Positions 23,707 through 37,900 of a DNA stretch of 64,000 nt are shown one piece after another. Origin of the DNA: Paragordius varius (Eukaryota > Animalia > Nematomorpha); contig OZ176053.1 in NCBI GenBank assembly GCA_964247055.1, positions 11,222,001-11,286,000 on the forward strand, in the 5' to 3' direction. Numbering within the stretch: position 1 is the first letter of the stretch; each line of letters opens with the position of its first letter. The notes below the pieces were generated by a model, which saw only the letters and a program-made list of their open reading frames with translations, was not told the origin of the DNA and did not search any database. A program made the translations under genes and the position numbers.

Positions 23707-25124
23707 CACTTGGAAGGCATTCATTTCAGTCCTTCGATTCGAATTGGGGTAGTTAGATCCAGGCCTGTTTAAAAAAAATACTTCAAGAAATATGGAAGGA
23801 ATTGAAACCATTGCAAAATGCACTTATAAATCATTTATAAACCGAAATATTGAAAAATTTATTAAAGGTAAAAATTTAGTGAAGACATATGTGCATTAGC
23901 AAAATTCGAAAATAATACAAATAAACCACTATTTCTGTTTCTCTCATTATAACATGTGATTTAAATAAAAAATTAGCTTTACTTTTAACTTTAAAATTAA
24001 ATAAACCCGATATTTTGCAAAAATATTTAATGACGTCGACCTAGTTTGATATGGAACTTTTTATAAAACCAAATTTTATTTAGATATTTCGACTTATTTA
24101 TATATATAATTTTTATTAGGATAGTAGCATAAATTTATATTGCTGTTTCTCTCAGTAGTTTTTTAAAATTTTCAAATTAAATAAAGTGTGGGGTATTTAA
24201 ATACCCCAATTGGAATCGAAGTGCTAAAACTTATTCTCCATTAATGTCACTGAAAATATATAAACACTCATGAATTTATTGGAAAAGCAACTGTTTTGCC
24301 TGAAAATATAAATATTTTTAATATAAGTGCGGATTAGGACATTTTTTATTTTAAACAATTATAAAATTGATAACTGTATTAAATATACGAATTTTGATAC
24401 TTTATTATTCTGCTTACTCAAGGAATTGAATACTTCCGTCGCTACAGCCGATGTTAATATTTAACTAAATCGCTTTTACCATTAAATGATTTAAAGATCA
24501 TATATATTACGTCTTAATCCAATTAACATACAGTCTATCATTTTTAGCATAATTTTTGAAGCTTTTTTTATTTTGTTTAAATATGTATCATGATCCAAGA
24601 ATTTAAATAAAATTTAAAAATGAAATGAAAAAATAATGTTTAATTGTATCCACAAGAACTCTTGTAAATTTGGCCCGTTGGTTAAGGAATTTAATTTAAG
24701 GAACCATAGAACTTATTATTATACAAAATCTACAATTATATCAACGAAACTCTTGATCTATTTAAACTATTTAGGTGATAAAATTTAGTTTTATGTTATT
24801 TAGATATTTTTAGATTGAAGAAACGATAACGCAATTCAAACATATTTTTATGTATTTAATTTAAACTATTTTTTATATAAGATATTTTCAAATAGAGTAA
24901 TAAAATAACTTGTAAAAACAGATATATGTACCCAACCGCCTAAAATGGGACCTTGTAAAGATTTTATTCCCCGCTTTTTCTACAATCATGAAACTGGTCA
25001 GTGCCAAAGTTTTATATACGGGGGTTGTCAATCTAATAAAAACAATTTCGAAACTTTTCACGAATGTCAACGGACATGCATTTTGGGTTTGACTTTAAAT
25101 AACTTTAAAATTTATAAGCCGTAA
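18518..25124 (+). CDS. Secreted multi-Kunitz protease inhibitor-like protein (4 Kunitz domains plus a long acidic N/D/Q-rich region)
   Basis: Exons: 18518-18563 (MLRVCLVGLLIAFVA), 18593-18694, possibly unassigned small exon(s), 20268-20312, 20385-20549 (HPCLEPTKIGPCLAYIPRYTYNGIWCTQFNWGGCQPNGNNFPTETECNRTC), 20637-20810 (VCSLPTKVGPCRAAIPRYTYDIDLGKCRLFYWGGCQPNGNNFVSADDCKSTC), 20999-21166 (VCSLPLKTGHCKAYFTRWGFDTTKGKCVSFIYGGCDANKNNFETEEECESQC), 22279-23070 (low complexity), 24922-25124 (ICTQPPKMGPCKDFIPRFFYNHETGQCQSFIYGGCQSNKNNFETFHECQRTC, stop TAA 25122-25124). All junctions are phase 1. The 5' end and the final exon end are less certain. Confidence 0.85.
22279..23070 (+). CDS. Low-complexity Asp/Asn/Glu/Gln/Arg-rich exon of the four-Kunitz gene
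   Basis: Internal part of ORF 22179..23150; acceptor cctatag at 22278, donor gtatat at 23071; poly-D, poly-Q and DDDN repeats. The overlapping ORFs in other frames and on the other strand are by-products of the triplet repeats. Confidence 0.85.
23127..23262. repeat. Small fold-back element (23-bp inverted repeat around an AT-rich core)
   Basis: tttatgttggccaattggcaata (23127) vs tattaccaattggccagcataaa (ends 23262); 2 mismatches to a perfect inversion. Confidence 0.7.
23706..24230. mobile_element. MITE-like element, family A copy 1
   Basis: Inverted ends ttcgattcgaattggggta / taccccaattggaatcgaa; internal sequence is clearly similar to 39520-40090. Confidence 0.75.
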
Positions 25125-28100
25125 AATAGTTGTGACATTATAACAAATGTATTTGTTTTTTGTTTAATAATATGAGTTGGAAAGAGGACTGGCTACCTTA
25201 ATTGCTTTATTCTACTCTACTGCTATTTCTCATGTATAATTTTTTTGCATTAAGCTGGGTTAATTTTTTTTCTAATTTACAATTTTACACCATATACTGG
25301 ACAGTTTATAAATTCAATCATTCATTTTTAGTATTATTTCATAATTCATATACATAATATATTCCAGCTCAACAAAGCAATTTGTGGAGAAACAATAACA
25401 ACCAAAATCAGCAATGATGCAAATAGTTTGAATTTAAAACATGTCAACATTTTATCAATCTTAGTTCATTCTATAATTTTCCCTAGTCGCTCACCCTAGA
25501 GATTTAATGTATTCATTTTTTTCTTGTGACATTTTTAATGACATTTCTGCACCCAAACACATTAATTACATTGGTTCAATTGTAATCTATTATTATTATA
25601 ATTATTACAATTATTATGATTTATAAATTATTATTTTAATATTTTTTATTTATAATATAGCAATTATTATGAATATGATGATGCATTTAAACATTTAAAA
25701 TTTCATATTTCATGTTTAACAACTTTGAGACAATATATACAACAAACATGTTGATTAAAACATTGGTTTATGATTTTTTATAATAAATTATGCGCAACCA
25801 TTCGGCCCATCTACGTTTTTCACTTATACCTATTATACAGTAATGAAATCATGGCAATTTCTGTAATTAAAATGCAGGCAGAGGCATAGCTGGGGAGGGG
25901 GGAGGAAGGGGGCTTATGCACCGGACACCATAGTGGGATGCCGGATTTTAAAATTATATATATTTCAAAAGAATAGGAAGTTATTATTTTAAACAATACA
26001 TAAAAAAATCACCCCTTTATGAGTCCTCATAACCACGGTTTGAATTTGATTATTTTTTGAAATGCAACTTAGATTTAATAATTTTATCAGTTCCTTACAT
26101 TCCTATTTCGTTGTGCTAACAGGGGCCACTGTTAAGTCTAATAAAAATTAAATATTATAATAACACATATGTGAAATCCCGTTTTATCTATTGAAATGAC
26201 CAATATGAGTTTTAATTATTGTATCAAATATATGTTTAAATGAGCCCTAAAAATTCCCATATTAAAGAGCTTCAGTTTTAAATTAATTATAGATTGTTTT
26301 CTAGTTAATTTTACACAAAAAAATATGAAATTATATTGTAGTAACTTTTAAAACTTTCTGCAGCCAAATTTTTCCAAAATGCTTATTTTTAATACTTAAA
26401 AATTTCCGAATATAGTAAAAATTTATTCAATTGATTTTAAAACCTTATTTCTTACAATATTGAACCGGAAATAGTAAGTATTGATTTAATTAGGAATATA
26501 TTGTTTAAAGATTAATGTGTAGACGATATTCAATTATAATAATTAAATTAAAAATAGATCTCTGTTGTCATTAAATTATTTTAATATAAATTGCATATGT
26601 AATAATATTTTTGAAAAAATTTAGGTAAAATTCACAAAAATATGACACAATTTCTCCAACATATAAATAATAGTTAGTTACTCTCAAAATTTATACCTTG
26701 AGCTCACCTCTAATCATTAATGTTTGTAATAGAAATTATAATAGATTAAACCATTCGAAATTATAAAGAGACATCTAACAGCTCTAACCCTATTAATCAA
26801 TTATAGACAATTTTCCGTTTAGGGTGAAATTAAGCTCAAATATTGTGACAAATTTATAAACTGACAAAATTCTCTGATATAAAACTTCCTCTCTTAATGG
26901 AGAATAAAAATTACAGAATAGCATGTAAAACTAAGCCAAACGCATCATATATATATATATATATATATATATTTAATTTATTGTTTGAAAACATTGGTAT
27001 TTGATGATATATTTATTATATAATAAAGTGCTCACTATCTCTAGTCAGATATGTATAATCTAATAGATAAATATAAAAATTAATAATCAAAATAATTTAT
27101 CAGTTTATTTGCAAACATAAACAATGCCCAACACCCAAATAACATAAGAATATAGTGTCCTTTCGGAATCTATTAAAGTATATATTCCACAATTTTAATT
27201 TCTCTCAAATTTACTAACGTCATCATAAAAAGGCTTTATGGTATTATATCCACTGATGAATTTGGATTTTATACTTCAAATAATATATTAGGATAAGATG
27301 CCAAATGTTTTTTGTAAAAAAGAGATAATCTTAATAAATAAGTATTTTCAATGATATGTAAAATTTTACTTATGGACAAAAAAATAATTTATTAAAAATA
27401 TTTGTGTAAAATAATAATATAAAGCACGACAATGCAAATAAAAATAATAATTGAATAAAACATAAAATTAATCGATCTAAGTTATTGGTGTTCAGGTATC
27501 ATCTTTTTTTGATTGATTTTCCAAACCTCAAAAATGGTATGGCAGAATCTCGCTTCCCGGCTAAATGAAATAAAATTTTATATCCATAAATTTTAAATGA
27601 TAAATACAAGCTCATTATTATAATTATCCATATCTCAACGACTTTTTTTTAGTAAAAATTTGATTTTAAATTTATTTTTGATATTTTTTGAAATTTTATA
27701 ATTTATATTGATCCAGAGTTTTTATGGTTTTTTGGGTTAAAATGACCGCAAAGTATATGATAAACATATTGGTTCGTGAATGGTTACCTGCAACTTTTAG
27801 CGGTTTAGCTTTGTAAACTAGAACTAATTTTATAAAATTCCTTTATAAGGGGAATAATATTGTTTATGCTTTAATAAAACAGAGCAAATCGGAGTAAAGA
27901 ATATCCTAATACATTTTTTGCAAGAAATTATATGAAATCTATCGTTCTTTTGACTTTGGGGTTTACAGTCATATTAAAATTGTTAAAATTCAAACAATTA
28001 TATTATATAACTTTGTGATCCTATTGATAAAATCTGTGTAATTTTTCTTCTATTTTTTACGCCACAAACCCTAAAAAAATGCTTTTAATCAAATGTTATT

Positions 28101-29573
28101 AAAAAACTAACAAAATATTTAATCTTTAAAAGGTTGTAGGAAAAAATGTTGAATTTGAATAAAAAATATTGATATTGTGTATATTAGAAATGTTGGCTTG
28201 ATATTCCACAAATTTGCATGCAAATTTGCATATGTTGTAACAAAAATATAATTTTAGCAAAATTTTGTTGTAACTTATTCCAAACAATATTTTCAAATAA
28301 ATTATATCAGAATTAGATGCCTTTAAACCTTATATAAAATCCTTCTCACAACTCCACTAAATAAAATATATATTAGAAAGAGTATTTTAGAGATTGAACA
28401 TTTAGTACAATGTTTTTAGTGTTTAGGCGTTTTCTATACCGCTTCCAGCATATGTAAAATACCTATAATACGCTTTAAGTTTTAATTTAAAACAAATTAA
28501 TTATTTAAAAATAATTTATTTTGAACTTGTTTATAGCACATAGATCAGGTAAATAGACTTTTTTAAGAATGCTTGACATATTTAACAGGTTCTAAATATG
28601 TGACATTTGCACATATCGCTCTATATATGACTTATCTATATAAGATAAAAATGTTAGCTTGAATTATAAAATATTATAACTAAATTTCCACTTTATTTAA
28701 GACTTTTAATTTTGAGTATTAAAAATCATTTATTTATTTTATTTTTTGAATAACCTGTAAGCTCCAAATCTAAAGCCCCTAATATATTTTCTACCATATA
28801 TATATAAATTTAATTTCGCACTCTGTTTATGATCCATACGCCGCAATTTAAAATCAATTATTAATATATAATTAAATAATTTGAAAGCCATTCTTTGAAA
28901 TGGGATTTCACGTCGATTAGCGAAAAATGTGACTCAAATTACACACCTCTTCCGTGTAACTAATGCCTGGCGGCTCTGACCAGAGCAAATTTTATGAATT
29001 ATGATTGAAGTTCTAATATTTTAAATTTCAAACACTAATGTAATAATTTTGATGAAAACACTTCATAAAATTATTCAAATATATATATATTTTTATAGAT
29101 TTAAAAGAAGAGAAGTTTTAGTTATAAATTCTGTTACCATTATTTAAAAATCGTTATATATATTTGCCTGATAAAACTATGTGCATAAACTTTCTAAGTT
29201 GTGCTGTATTTTAAATGTTAAAAATGATTTTACTTATCAATAATTTGACTTTAAAGTAATACTCCTTTAAATAGACATCTTGATTCAAAAGCCATAATGC
29301 CGATAAAGTTATTATAGCTCTTAAACACATTAGCATATATTATTGAATAAATATATCAAAAAATTGAATATATAATTCAGGGCCCTCACTTATAGGGTTG
29401 CATCCAGCTCGTGGGCTACAATTTAATCACTGATTTAAAGCAGAAAGTTAGACATTTCCAAATAAATTTGGTTTTGGTATGCTTTAAAAATTTGTATAAA
29501 AATCTATTGCTTTTTAATTTAGGTCTATTATAAGTTACAGATATTGTTGTACTTATAAGATAATCTTATTTAC

Positions 29574-31251
29574 CTTCTAAATCCCAATTCCTTGCTCGCT
29601 TGGACAACCACATCCTTGAATCATCTAAAAATGTTAAAATTAAATTGATAGAGTAATTGACAAAACACTAACTAGTTAGTATAATTAAAAGTCCAAAATT
29701 TTACAAATTTTTGCAATTCTCAGCAAGCAATAACAATCAGACTCCATGGAAAAGATAAATGATCGCTTGTTGCTGATCTTACGAGTAGTTGTATAAAATT
29801 TAATAAAAAAGTACTCTAAAAAAAATTAAAAATTGGATTTCAATTTACAAATATTTAGATTTTATATTCCAAAATTGGGCTCAAAATAAATTTAAAAAAC
29901 CAAAAAATATCTAAGCAGCTGCAAAAATATAGAGTTCTTATAAATAACCTATGTTAATAAATTTTGCTCAAATATTAACAAATAAAATATAGGCCTGGCG
30001 TTTTTAATAAAAATACCTTTTTTTAGTAAATTATCCAAATTTTACGTTATGAGTATTAGTTCACCTATCAATGATAATGATTCATATTTTATTATGTTTT
30101 CTGTATTATCAAAGATGCTTTTGTTTTAATCACTTAAATATTATTGTGGTTAATTATTAATTTAGAAATATTATATTATTTAAAAAATTAATTTATTTGA
30201 CATTCCCAAAAAAACAAAAATTTTTTGTTTGATATACCTTTTATGAGATATATTAACAAATAAAACGGATGCATTAGCAAAAATATATTTATACGACAGG
30301 TGCAAAAAATATGATTTTTGATTTTGTCCTATGGCAGATAAATTAATTATTAGTAATTCAATTCTTCTATATTATGATAGTAATGAATGAAGCTCCCAGA
30401 TCATACAGCCAAATATTTAATTACTCTTATCAAAATGAAGCTGAAACTAATGCCGAATCATTTGCAAAAAAAAACAAATTATAGAATTAGTTTTTATTTA
30501 GATATACTACATAGGTTGTAAATCCAAACTCTTTTTAAATATTTTATATTGGTAAAGTAAACTTAAATTAGCCAATTCATTTTGCTTTTATACATAAATG
30601 TTGAAATTACATTTAGTATCAAATGGCGTTAAATTCCAATTTTTACCTAAGTATTTAGTTTAATTTACACATCAAGCATATGTTGACTTAAATCGCGACA
30701 ACTTGTAAGACTTTTTCTCTTATTACATTGTTAGTAACTATAAACACACAATTTTAATTGATCTGGGTTTTTCATTGCTTGTTTTATAACAATATATATA
30801 TATATATATGAATTTGAAATTGTCAATAACTAAAACATATGTTAGAATTAAACTTTTTATCACTAAAGTATAATTGATTTGTTAAAGTTTAAAAATATTT
30901 TAAATAATTGATTTAACATCTGTGAACTTTAAAGTTTATCAAATTAGGCAGCAAATAACCATTAAATAAATTTAATGATAAATAATTGCCTTATATCTAA
31001 CTTGCTATGGTGAACTTTTTATTGATATGTAAACTTGGATACTTTTATAGTTTTTTTTCTAATTTATGGCAAAAAAGTTGATATTTTGTAATAATTGTAC
31101 CGTAATTAGACAAGAGAAGATCACACATCTTCTTGATATCATTCAATGTACAACTGGGGTAGCCATTCTTCCATTCCTGACATTCCGTTAAACTTAACCA
31201 GATGAACATAATCGAAATAAGTGCTATAGTTGGGAAACGTGCGGACTTCAT
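29574..31251 (-). CDS. Small secreted peptide-precursor-like gene (partial model)
   Basis: Exon 31251-31101 MKSARFPTIALISIMFIWLSLTECQEWKNGYPSCTLNDIKKMCDLLLSNY (signal peptide, phase-1 donor gtac); exon 29624-29574 (tag..gtaaat) DDSRMWLSKRARNWDLE with a dibasic KR. A tentative last exon is 28975-28917 (EPPGISYTEEVCNLSHIFR*). Confidence 0.55.
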
Positions 31252-34200
31252 TCCGAGTTTAATGGGCTAAAATATAGCAAAAAAATATTTACTTAGGCAT
31301 AGTTCATAAAAACGCTTATATTTATTTCAAGCCTTAACTTTGACACATGTGAATAATATTTTAATCTAATGCAAATTATCGTTTGATAATGTCAACTAAG
31401 TCGCAGCGACGCGTGACTTGTGATCAAAAGAGTATCTCGGATAAATTTTAAGCCTCAATGTATTATATTGAGTAAAACTTTTAACTGTTTTCTAACTTCT
31501 ACAGTCTCAAAGGATACCTCTTGAAAACATTTGAATTAAACAACTGATATTAAAAATCTCCAAAAAATGCTATACATGAACTTTAATTAAAATATGTTCA
31601 TAAGTGACTATCATTACCGATTTTATCAGTATCAAAATATTGGTGAGAAAAATGTAGAAAATATTTTGTACAATCTCCCTAAATATTTTTTAGAATGCAA
31701 GTTATAAAATCCATATTTTATAGAAGGCTAGATACATAGATATTTCTCAGATGTTTAAATATTTAATCGATTTAAGGGTTTAAGAAACTACCACAAAAGG
31801 TCATGAAATGTTTCATTTATGCCATGATTATATACTTTTTTGATTTGGCACTAATTATTATCAAATAATTATTTATGATAACATATATTGTATTACTCAC
31901 AAGTTATTTCATGATAAATGCTCATTATATAAATCATATTATATATAGGGAAAATTAACGCTAACATAATTTTTTTGGTACATGAAGATTAATCGCTCAA
32001 TATTTTGACAATCCCATTTTATTAATTTAATGTTATAATAACATGAAATATAAAAATTAATTGTACACAAATCACATAGGCATGAATTGTGCCATTTTCG
32101 ATATCTCCTAATTCAAAGGATAAATCTTTTTTAAAAAAAAAACAACTACCAAAAAACAAAACATGACAAGTTAGATAATCTAAGGATATGATATGATGTG
32201 TAAAATGAACTACCACGATTTAATTACTTAAATTGGTATATATATATATATATATATATAAATTAATGTTGGATTAGTAATAAAATAAATTTATCATGTC
32301 TTAAAGGAATTACAAAATAATTAGTAGGACTTTGGCTAAATGGCACATCAATGCTACCTCTATCTATCTATATATCTATATATGTTAGTTCTTATGTTTT
32401 ATATACATTAAATTAATTAACTTTTTTTACTTTATCAGTCATGTATGTTTTTAGATTTATATATAATAAAATATCAATTAACCTGACCTAATTTCCAGCA
32501 AAAAATCTAATAGTGATTTAAGCAAAAAATTTTGATTTAAAATTGAAACGTAATTAATTTTATAGATGTTTAATCAATAAGTTTAAGCTATTATAGTAGA
32601 ACGCCTTCACCTCCTTTATTATCAATTTCAAAAAACTGACCACTTAAAAAGAGTTTTATGTACTTGTTCAAATTTTTTAAACAATACTAGTTGGTGTTTT
32701 GGCGTTGTCATAATTAGCCCATATAAATATTGTATTTAAATAAAAAAATATTATTTTTCTTTGAAAAAAAGGACGTGATGCGGATAAGGTGCCTTTATTT
32801 TTTGTAATTGGCATTATCTTCCACTCTAACTATACTATATAATCTCAATAAAATTATACGTTTTTATCGGTAATTAAGAAAACAAAAGTTCTTTTGATTT
32901 TTACATTTATGTAGATTGGCATGTGATAGGATTAGTTAGATATTAAAAATTTGGGCTTGATTTTAAGCTGTGAGCGAATAAAGAGTCTCCATAAATAAAA
33001 TTATTGTCCGCATTCGAAATATATATGAGCATTAATAATTTATTAAATTTCAAATTTAAGACAACACTTTTTTAAACAATTTTTGCTAGTTCATTGCTAA
33101 AATTTGAAGAGACTCGATCTGAAAATTTGTTTAAGAACATTAATTTTACTTAAATTTTGTAATAGCCATTATATTTTTTTTAGTATAATTAAAAATTTCT
33201 CAGCTGCATAAATACTTTACTATAGAGTGTCTCTTTTTATATATATGTAAATAAATTAAACATTTATAACATTTTCAATTTTTGTATACCATAAAAATTA
33301 TAATCAAATGAAATATATATATATATATAATAATCTTGGAAATATTGGAAATAAATTAAAAACTACGAAACGAACAATTTTATTGGTATTGATATCATAA
33401 GTGACTGAAAACAGTTACTATAGTTGATTTCTAAGTTGCGTGTTAAAGTAATATTTTCTTTTTTTCTTAAAAAAACTGTTAGATTAATTCATTAATTACA
33501 ATTATTTGACGCCAAGGCATGCTATCAATATAATTAATCTTATTAGGGATAGTTGCGTGTCCCACACATAATTAATTACAATTAAACGATAGGATCCCAC
33601 CTTCAACTAATCTTTTTTTTATCAAAATGAAAAAATCGGTCCGATGTCTTAAAATAAGTTATAAAGCTAAATGTCCATGCTAATAGCTAAGAGATTTTTT
33701 TCGAGGTAATTTTTGCATTAACATATTTATTCTGGGTTGTTTAATTCAACTAAAATGTTAAACTTTAAACGTAAAAAATGTGCATTTATACTTATTTTTA
33801 TAATAAAATTTATGGTCTAGGAACCAAATAAATATATATATATATTATAAAACTATAAAGAATTTACTTTGCTATCTAGAGTCGGATTCCAGAGAATTAA
33901 GTTTAATAGCGAATATATTTATACAATAAAAGTTTCCAAAGTCCAAAAAAAAATTTAATGACTATAGGTGCAAATGAGGGTCTATTTATACTATTTTTCA
34001 GGATATAGAGGTGTTAATAAAACTATACACCGGCTAAATGTGGATATAATATAAAGTTTAAAAAATTATATTTAAGGTATGGCGAGCAAATGATTAATTT
34101 GTTAATTAAATTTAATGGGATATAAGTCGTGTAGGTTTTAGATAATATTTATTTTATAGACTTTTAGTTGTCGATGGGATGTTATATATATGTTTATATA

Positions 34201-36169
34201 TAAAATTGACTGGTTAATCTATACTAACAGAAAAAATTTATTTATCAACAAATGTGTATATATAAATATATATTATATATCATCTCAACACAGAGGAAAT
34301 AGCTACAGTAATGATTAATTTTATCATCCCTCAGATACCAAAACCAACCATTTGATTAAAGAAATTATATACATTACTTTTTGTATATGTACTACAAAAT
34401 ATTACCACGTTTTTTTTAGGATTCTAATCCCCGAAGATGTGGTGATGTTCTAAAGTTTAAGACTTCCGCTCCGTCCTTAATTGCAGGGTGTATGTGTATT
34501 TGTTCGTGTCTCATTTTAACATGTTTGTGTGGAAAAAAACTAATTTTTTTATAATCTATTTCTATTTTTCATCCTCCTTTGTATCTATCAGAAAGATTAA
34601 AAGCATCAATTATATATTTTATCGCTCTAGTTGTTTGTTTTTAGATTCTCTTTAATTGTTAAATGATAATGATTTATTGAGAAATGCTTTCAAGAAAAAT
34701 AAAATTTTTTTGTATCAAGAGATTTTAAGTGCTAAAGGCGCACAAATAAATCGCTATTTTCTCCCATTAGGTCATCGTATAATGGGAACGGAAATCCATT
34801 TTGATTTTTTATGTTACTTATATTGATGTTAATGCACACATGACCTGATATTTGTCATATAAATGATTATCACTTCAAATTGGCAATTTACGTATGGGAT
34901 ATTTTAAAAGGGTCCCATTTAAGAAAAACCTTAGGATATTCAAACTTTATATACCATTAAGATTTTAGTCAGTACATGATAAATGGATTCGTATAATTTA
35001 TAAACCCATTAAAGTTTCAAAACTCTTCGAATTTGGAAAAGGAGCAACTTCATATATAAAATCGCACAATTGCTGTTTAATGTCAAAATGAGTCAAAGTT
35101 TATCAACTTTAGTATGAAACGTTTGATTATTAAAAATTCCATTTTCGAATTTGTAATAAAAATTTTATTAATAGCCTAATGGTTTTATTTTCACTCAAAT
35201 GGATTTTATAAATCATAACTTGAGAGACGGGGTAGGAAGTTTTCAATAACTTTTATGGCATATATAGTTATAAAACTAAAATTTTAATCAAAAATTAAAA
35301 TGTTTTTAGCTCTAAAAAGCGGTTCAACTTCTACTGCCTTGATACTTTTTTGCGTTCGTGGTGGGTATTGATTTAAAGATTTATAAATATATGTTTTTTA
35401 ATTTTTATAATGCACCTAATTTTGGAACACATTTTACTTTGCGAGATTTTGGGGAAAGATGGAATCCGCAAAAGAACATAATTGGCAACGCCATAAATGC
35501 TATGAAATGCCCAAAATTATAATACACACTACTCATAGTATTTCGTCTATAACTTTTTCGAAAGTGCTCACAACATATGTTTTAAAAAATATATATTCTG
35601 TCACTAAATTGATGTAAACTTATGAGTTTATTAAGGTTGAATCAACTTTTATCGATGCTAATGATCAAAACACAATTTACCGCATATTATGAGAAATACT
35701 ATTTTTGTCAAAATAAATGACCAACTAACATTTTCAATTATGGATTTGAAAAGCGTTTGTATTTCATTTGAATTTTCGTTAGATAAGACTCTCAAATCAT
35801 GAGAGCGGATTGCAATAAGCTGGAATTATTGAGCAATGACATTTTAATATGGGCTGGTTCAATTCAAACGTTTTTTTTAACCAATATTTTTATTCAAAAT
35901 TTTTGTTGAAGCGTTTTATAAGTTATTAAAGCAGCTAAATTAAAAAACTTTTAACTCTTTTAGATACCTACTATTTCATAAAAATTTCAATAATATTATA
36001 CTTTTTGGTTGCCCAGAATGTTCTGGTGGCTAATGCCTGTAGCGGCATTGAATTATTCAAAAATTGTTTTTAAATAATTTCAAATGTAATTATGCATGTT
36101 TTAAAAAAGTTTAATTCAAAAAATTATATTAAAATTTAAACATATCGCTTTGAAATATTACAATTTATA

Positions 36170-36400
36170 GCGTTTTAAACATTTCGATTCCAATTGGGAT
36201 ATCTAAAGATCCAAAGTCATTTATAAACCCGTATTGCTTCTATCCAATAAATCATATAAATAAGCCAAATAGTTTCGAAAAAAAGTTCCATATCAAACTA
36301 ATTCGACGCCATTTTTATTTGCAATATTTCAAAATATCGTGTTTATTTCCGCTATATTTAGAATAAATGTTTACCTTGTTATTCATAAAATAAGTATGAT
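36170..36400 (-). mobile_element. MITE family A partial copy (inverted right end)
   Basis: ttcgattccaattggg..aagttccatatcaaacta..aaaatatcgtgtttatt is the reverse complement of the right part of the 23706-24230 element. Confidence 0.6.
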
Positions 36401-37559
36401 CAAGATTTTAAATGAATCTTTTTATACTTCTGTCATCAATGTTACATAAGTGCAAATTTTTGCATTGGTGTTTCAAAGATATTAGATATCAAACAGGCCC
36501 GAGAAGACTGAAATGAATGTACTGTAGTTAAGTGTTAATAGGCGCTTTATTAAAGGTATGGGAGCTAAAATAATACATTATAAAAATATTACCTAGTCAT
36601 AAAAAAATTAATATGATTTATGAATTATTAAAATTGAAAGGTAAAGAATAATATGCTAAATCTGTATATTAATATAAATAAATTTGTTCAAAAGTAAATT
36701 AAACACATTATTAAAAATTAGAAAAAAAAATAATTTAAATTTTTGATATTGAAACATTATATAGATGTTTGTAATCAATCAAAAAAATTTTTTGCAATAA
36801 CATTAAAAAGTTTATTTGGCGTTATATATTCTGTCAGAAAAAAGTTTGATAAATTATAAATTATTAATCATCCTGCTTTGGCTGGTTAAGGGGGCTTTTA
36901 ACACAAAAAGCTTAGGACAACGACTTGGAATTAGCCAAAAAATCCTACGCTCATTATCTTATTTTTCAGATGAATGTTTCACACCTTATTATTTTGTTAA
37001 TATATCATAAATGATATTTTAAAACGACGCTGGATGTTAATATTTAATAGGTCAAAGTTTAAATATTCTTATCTTCAATGGCAGATCCAATACGATATTT
37101 ACTGATTATGCAATTTAAAGATTTAGAAAAGAATTTCTAAAATATGTTTATAAATAATTAAATTTATTGTTTGGTATGTTATATTATGGCATATGGTATC
37201 ATATCAGAAATACTCAACACGTTCGAATATTAGAAACAAATTTGTTAAATGGGTCAAACACAATTTGAAAAACGTCAAATCTAAAATCGCCAAATGATTC
37301 GTGAAATACTGATTTAACCTTACAAAATAAAAGCAATCAGTCATATGTTAGTAATGAGAAGTGGCTTTATTTTGTAAATTCAAAATGGAAAAATTTAACT
37401 GTCACCTTGCCGAGAGGATCTCTCAGCAAACCAAATCGCTCGATTATAATCTCGGTCTGGTAGGACCACAGCGATATTGTGCATTAATTTTTAAAGCTCG
37501 GTATAACTGTTAATATATAAAGCTATATTTTAACAAATCATTAATCTTAAGTCTATACT

Positions 37560-37900
37560 ATACTATTGAAAAAGGACCGAATTAAGCTAGAAGATATGGT
37601 ATGGTAATTTACCTACTAAATAATGTTCATTCTCACACAGCAAAACCAATAAAAGCCATCTTAAAATTAATCGTTAAGAATTTCTTCTGCATCCGCCTTT
37701 CTCTCCTGATCTGGCGCCTTCTGATATTTTGCATTAATGGACACCCTCGCAGAACACCATTTTATAATTTTGAAGTACAAAAATGGTTTGAAAAATGTTT
37801 CCCCACAAAAGACAATCAGTTTTTCTAGCATAGCCTTCATATATTACCTGCGAGATGGTTGAAATGTGTAAAAGACGATATATTTTCAATAAAATATATA
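37560..37900 (+). mobile_element. Degenerate mariner (Tc1/mariner) transposase remnant
   Basis: Frameshifted fragments LLNNVHSHTAKP (cf. HDNARPHTA), LLHPPFSPDLAPSD (mariner HPPYSPDLAPSD motif), EVQKWFEKCFPTKD and LPARWLKC. Confidence 0.8.
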
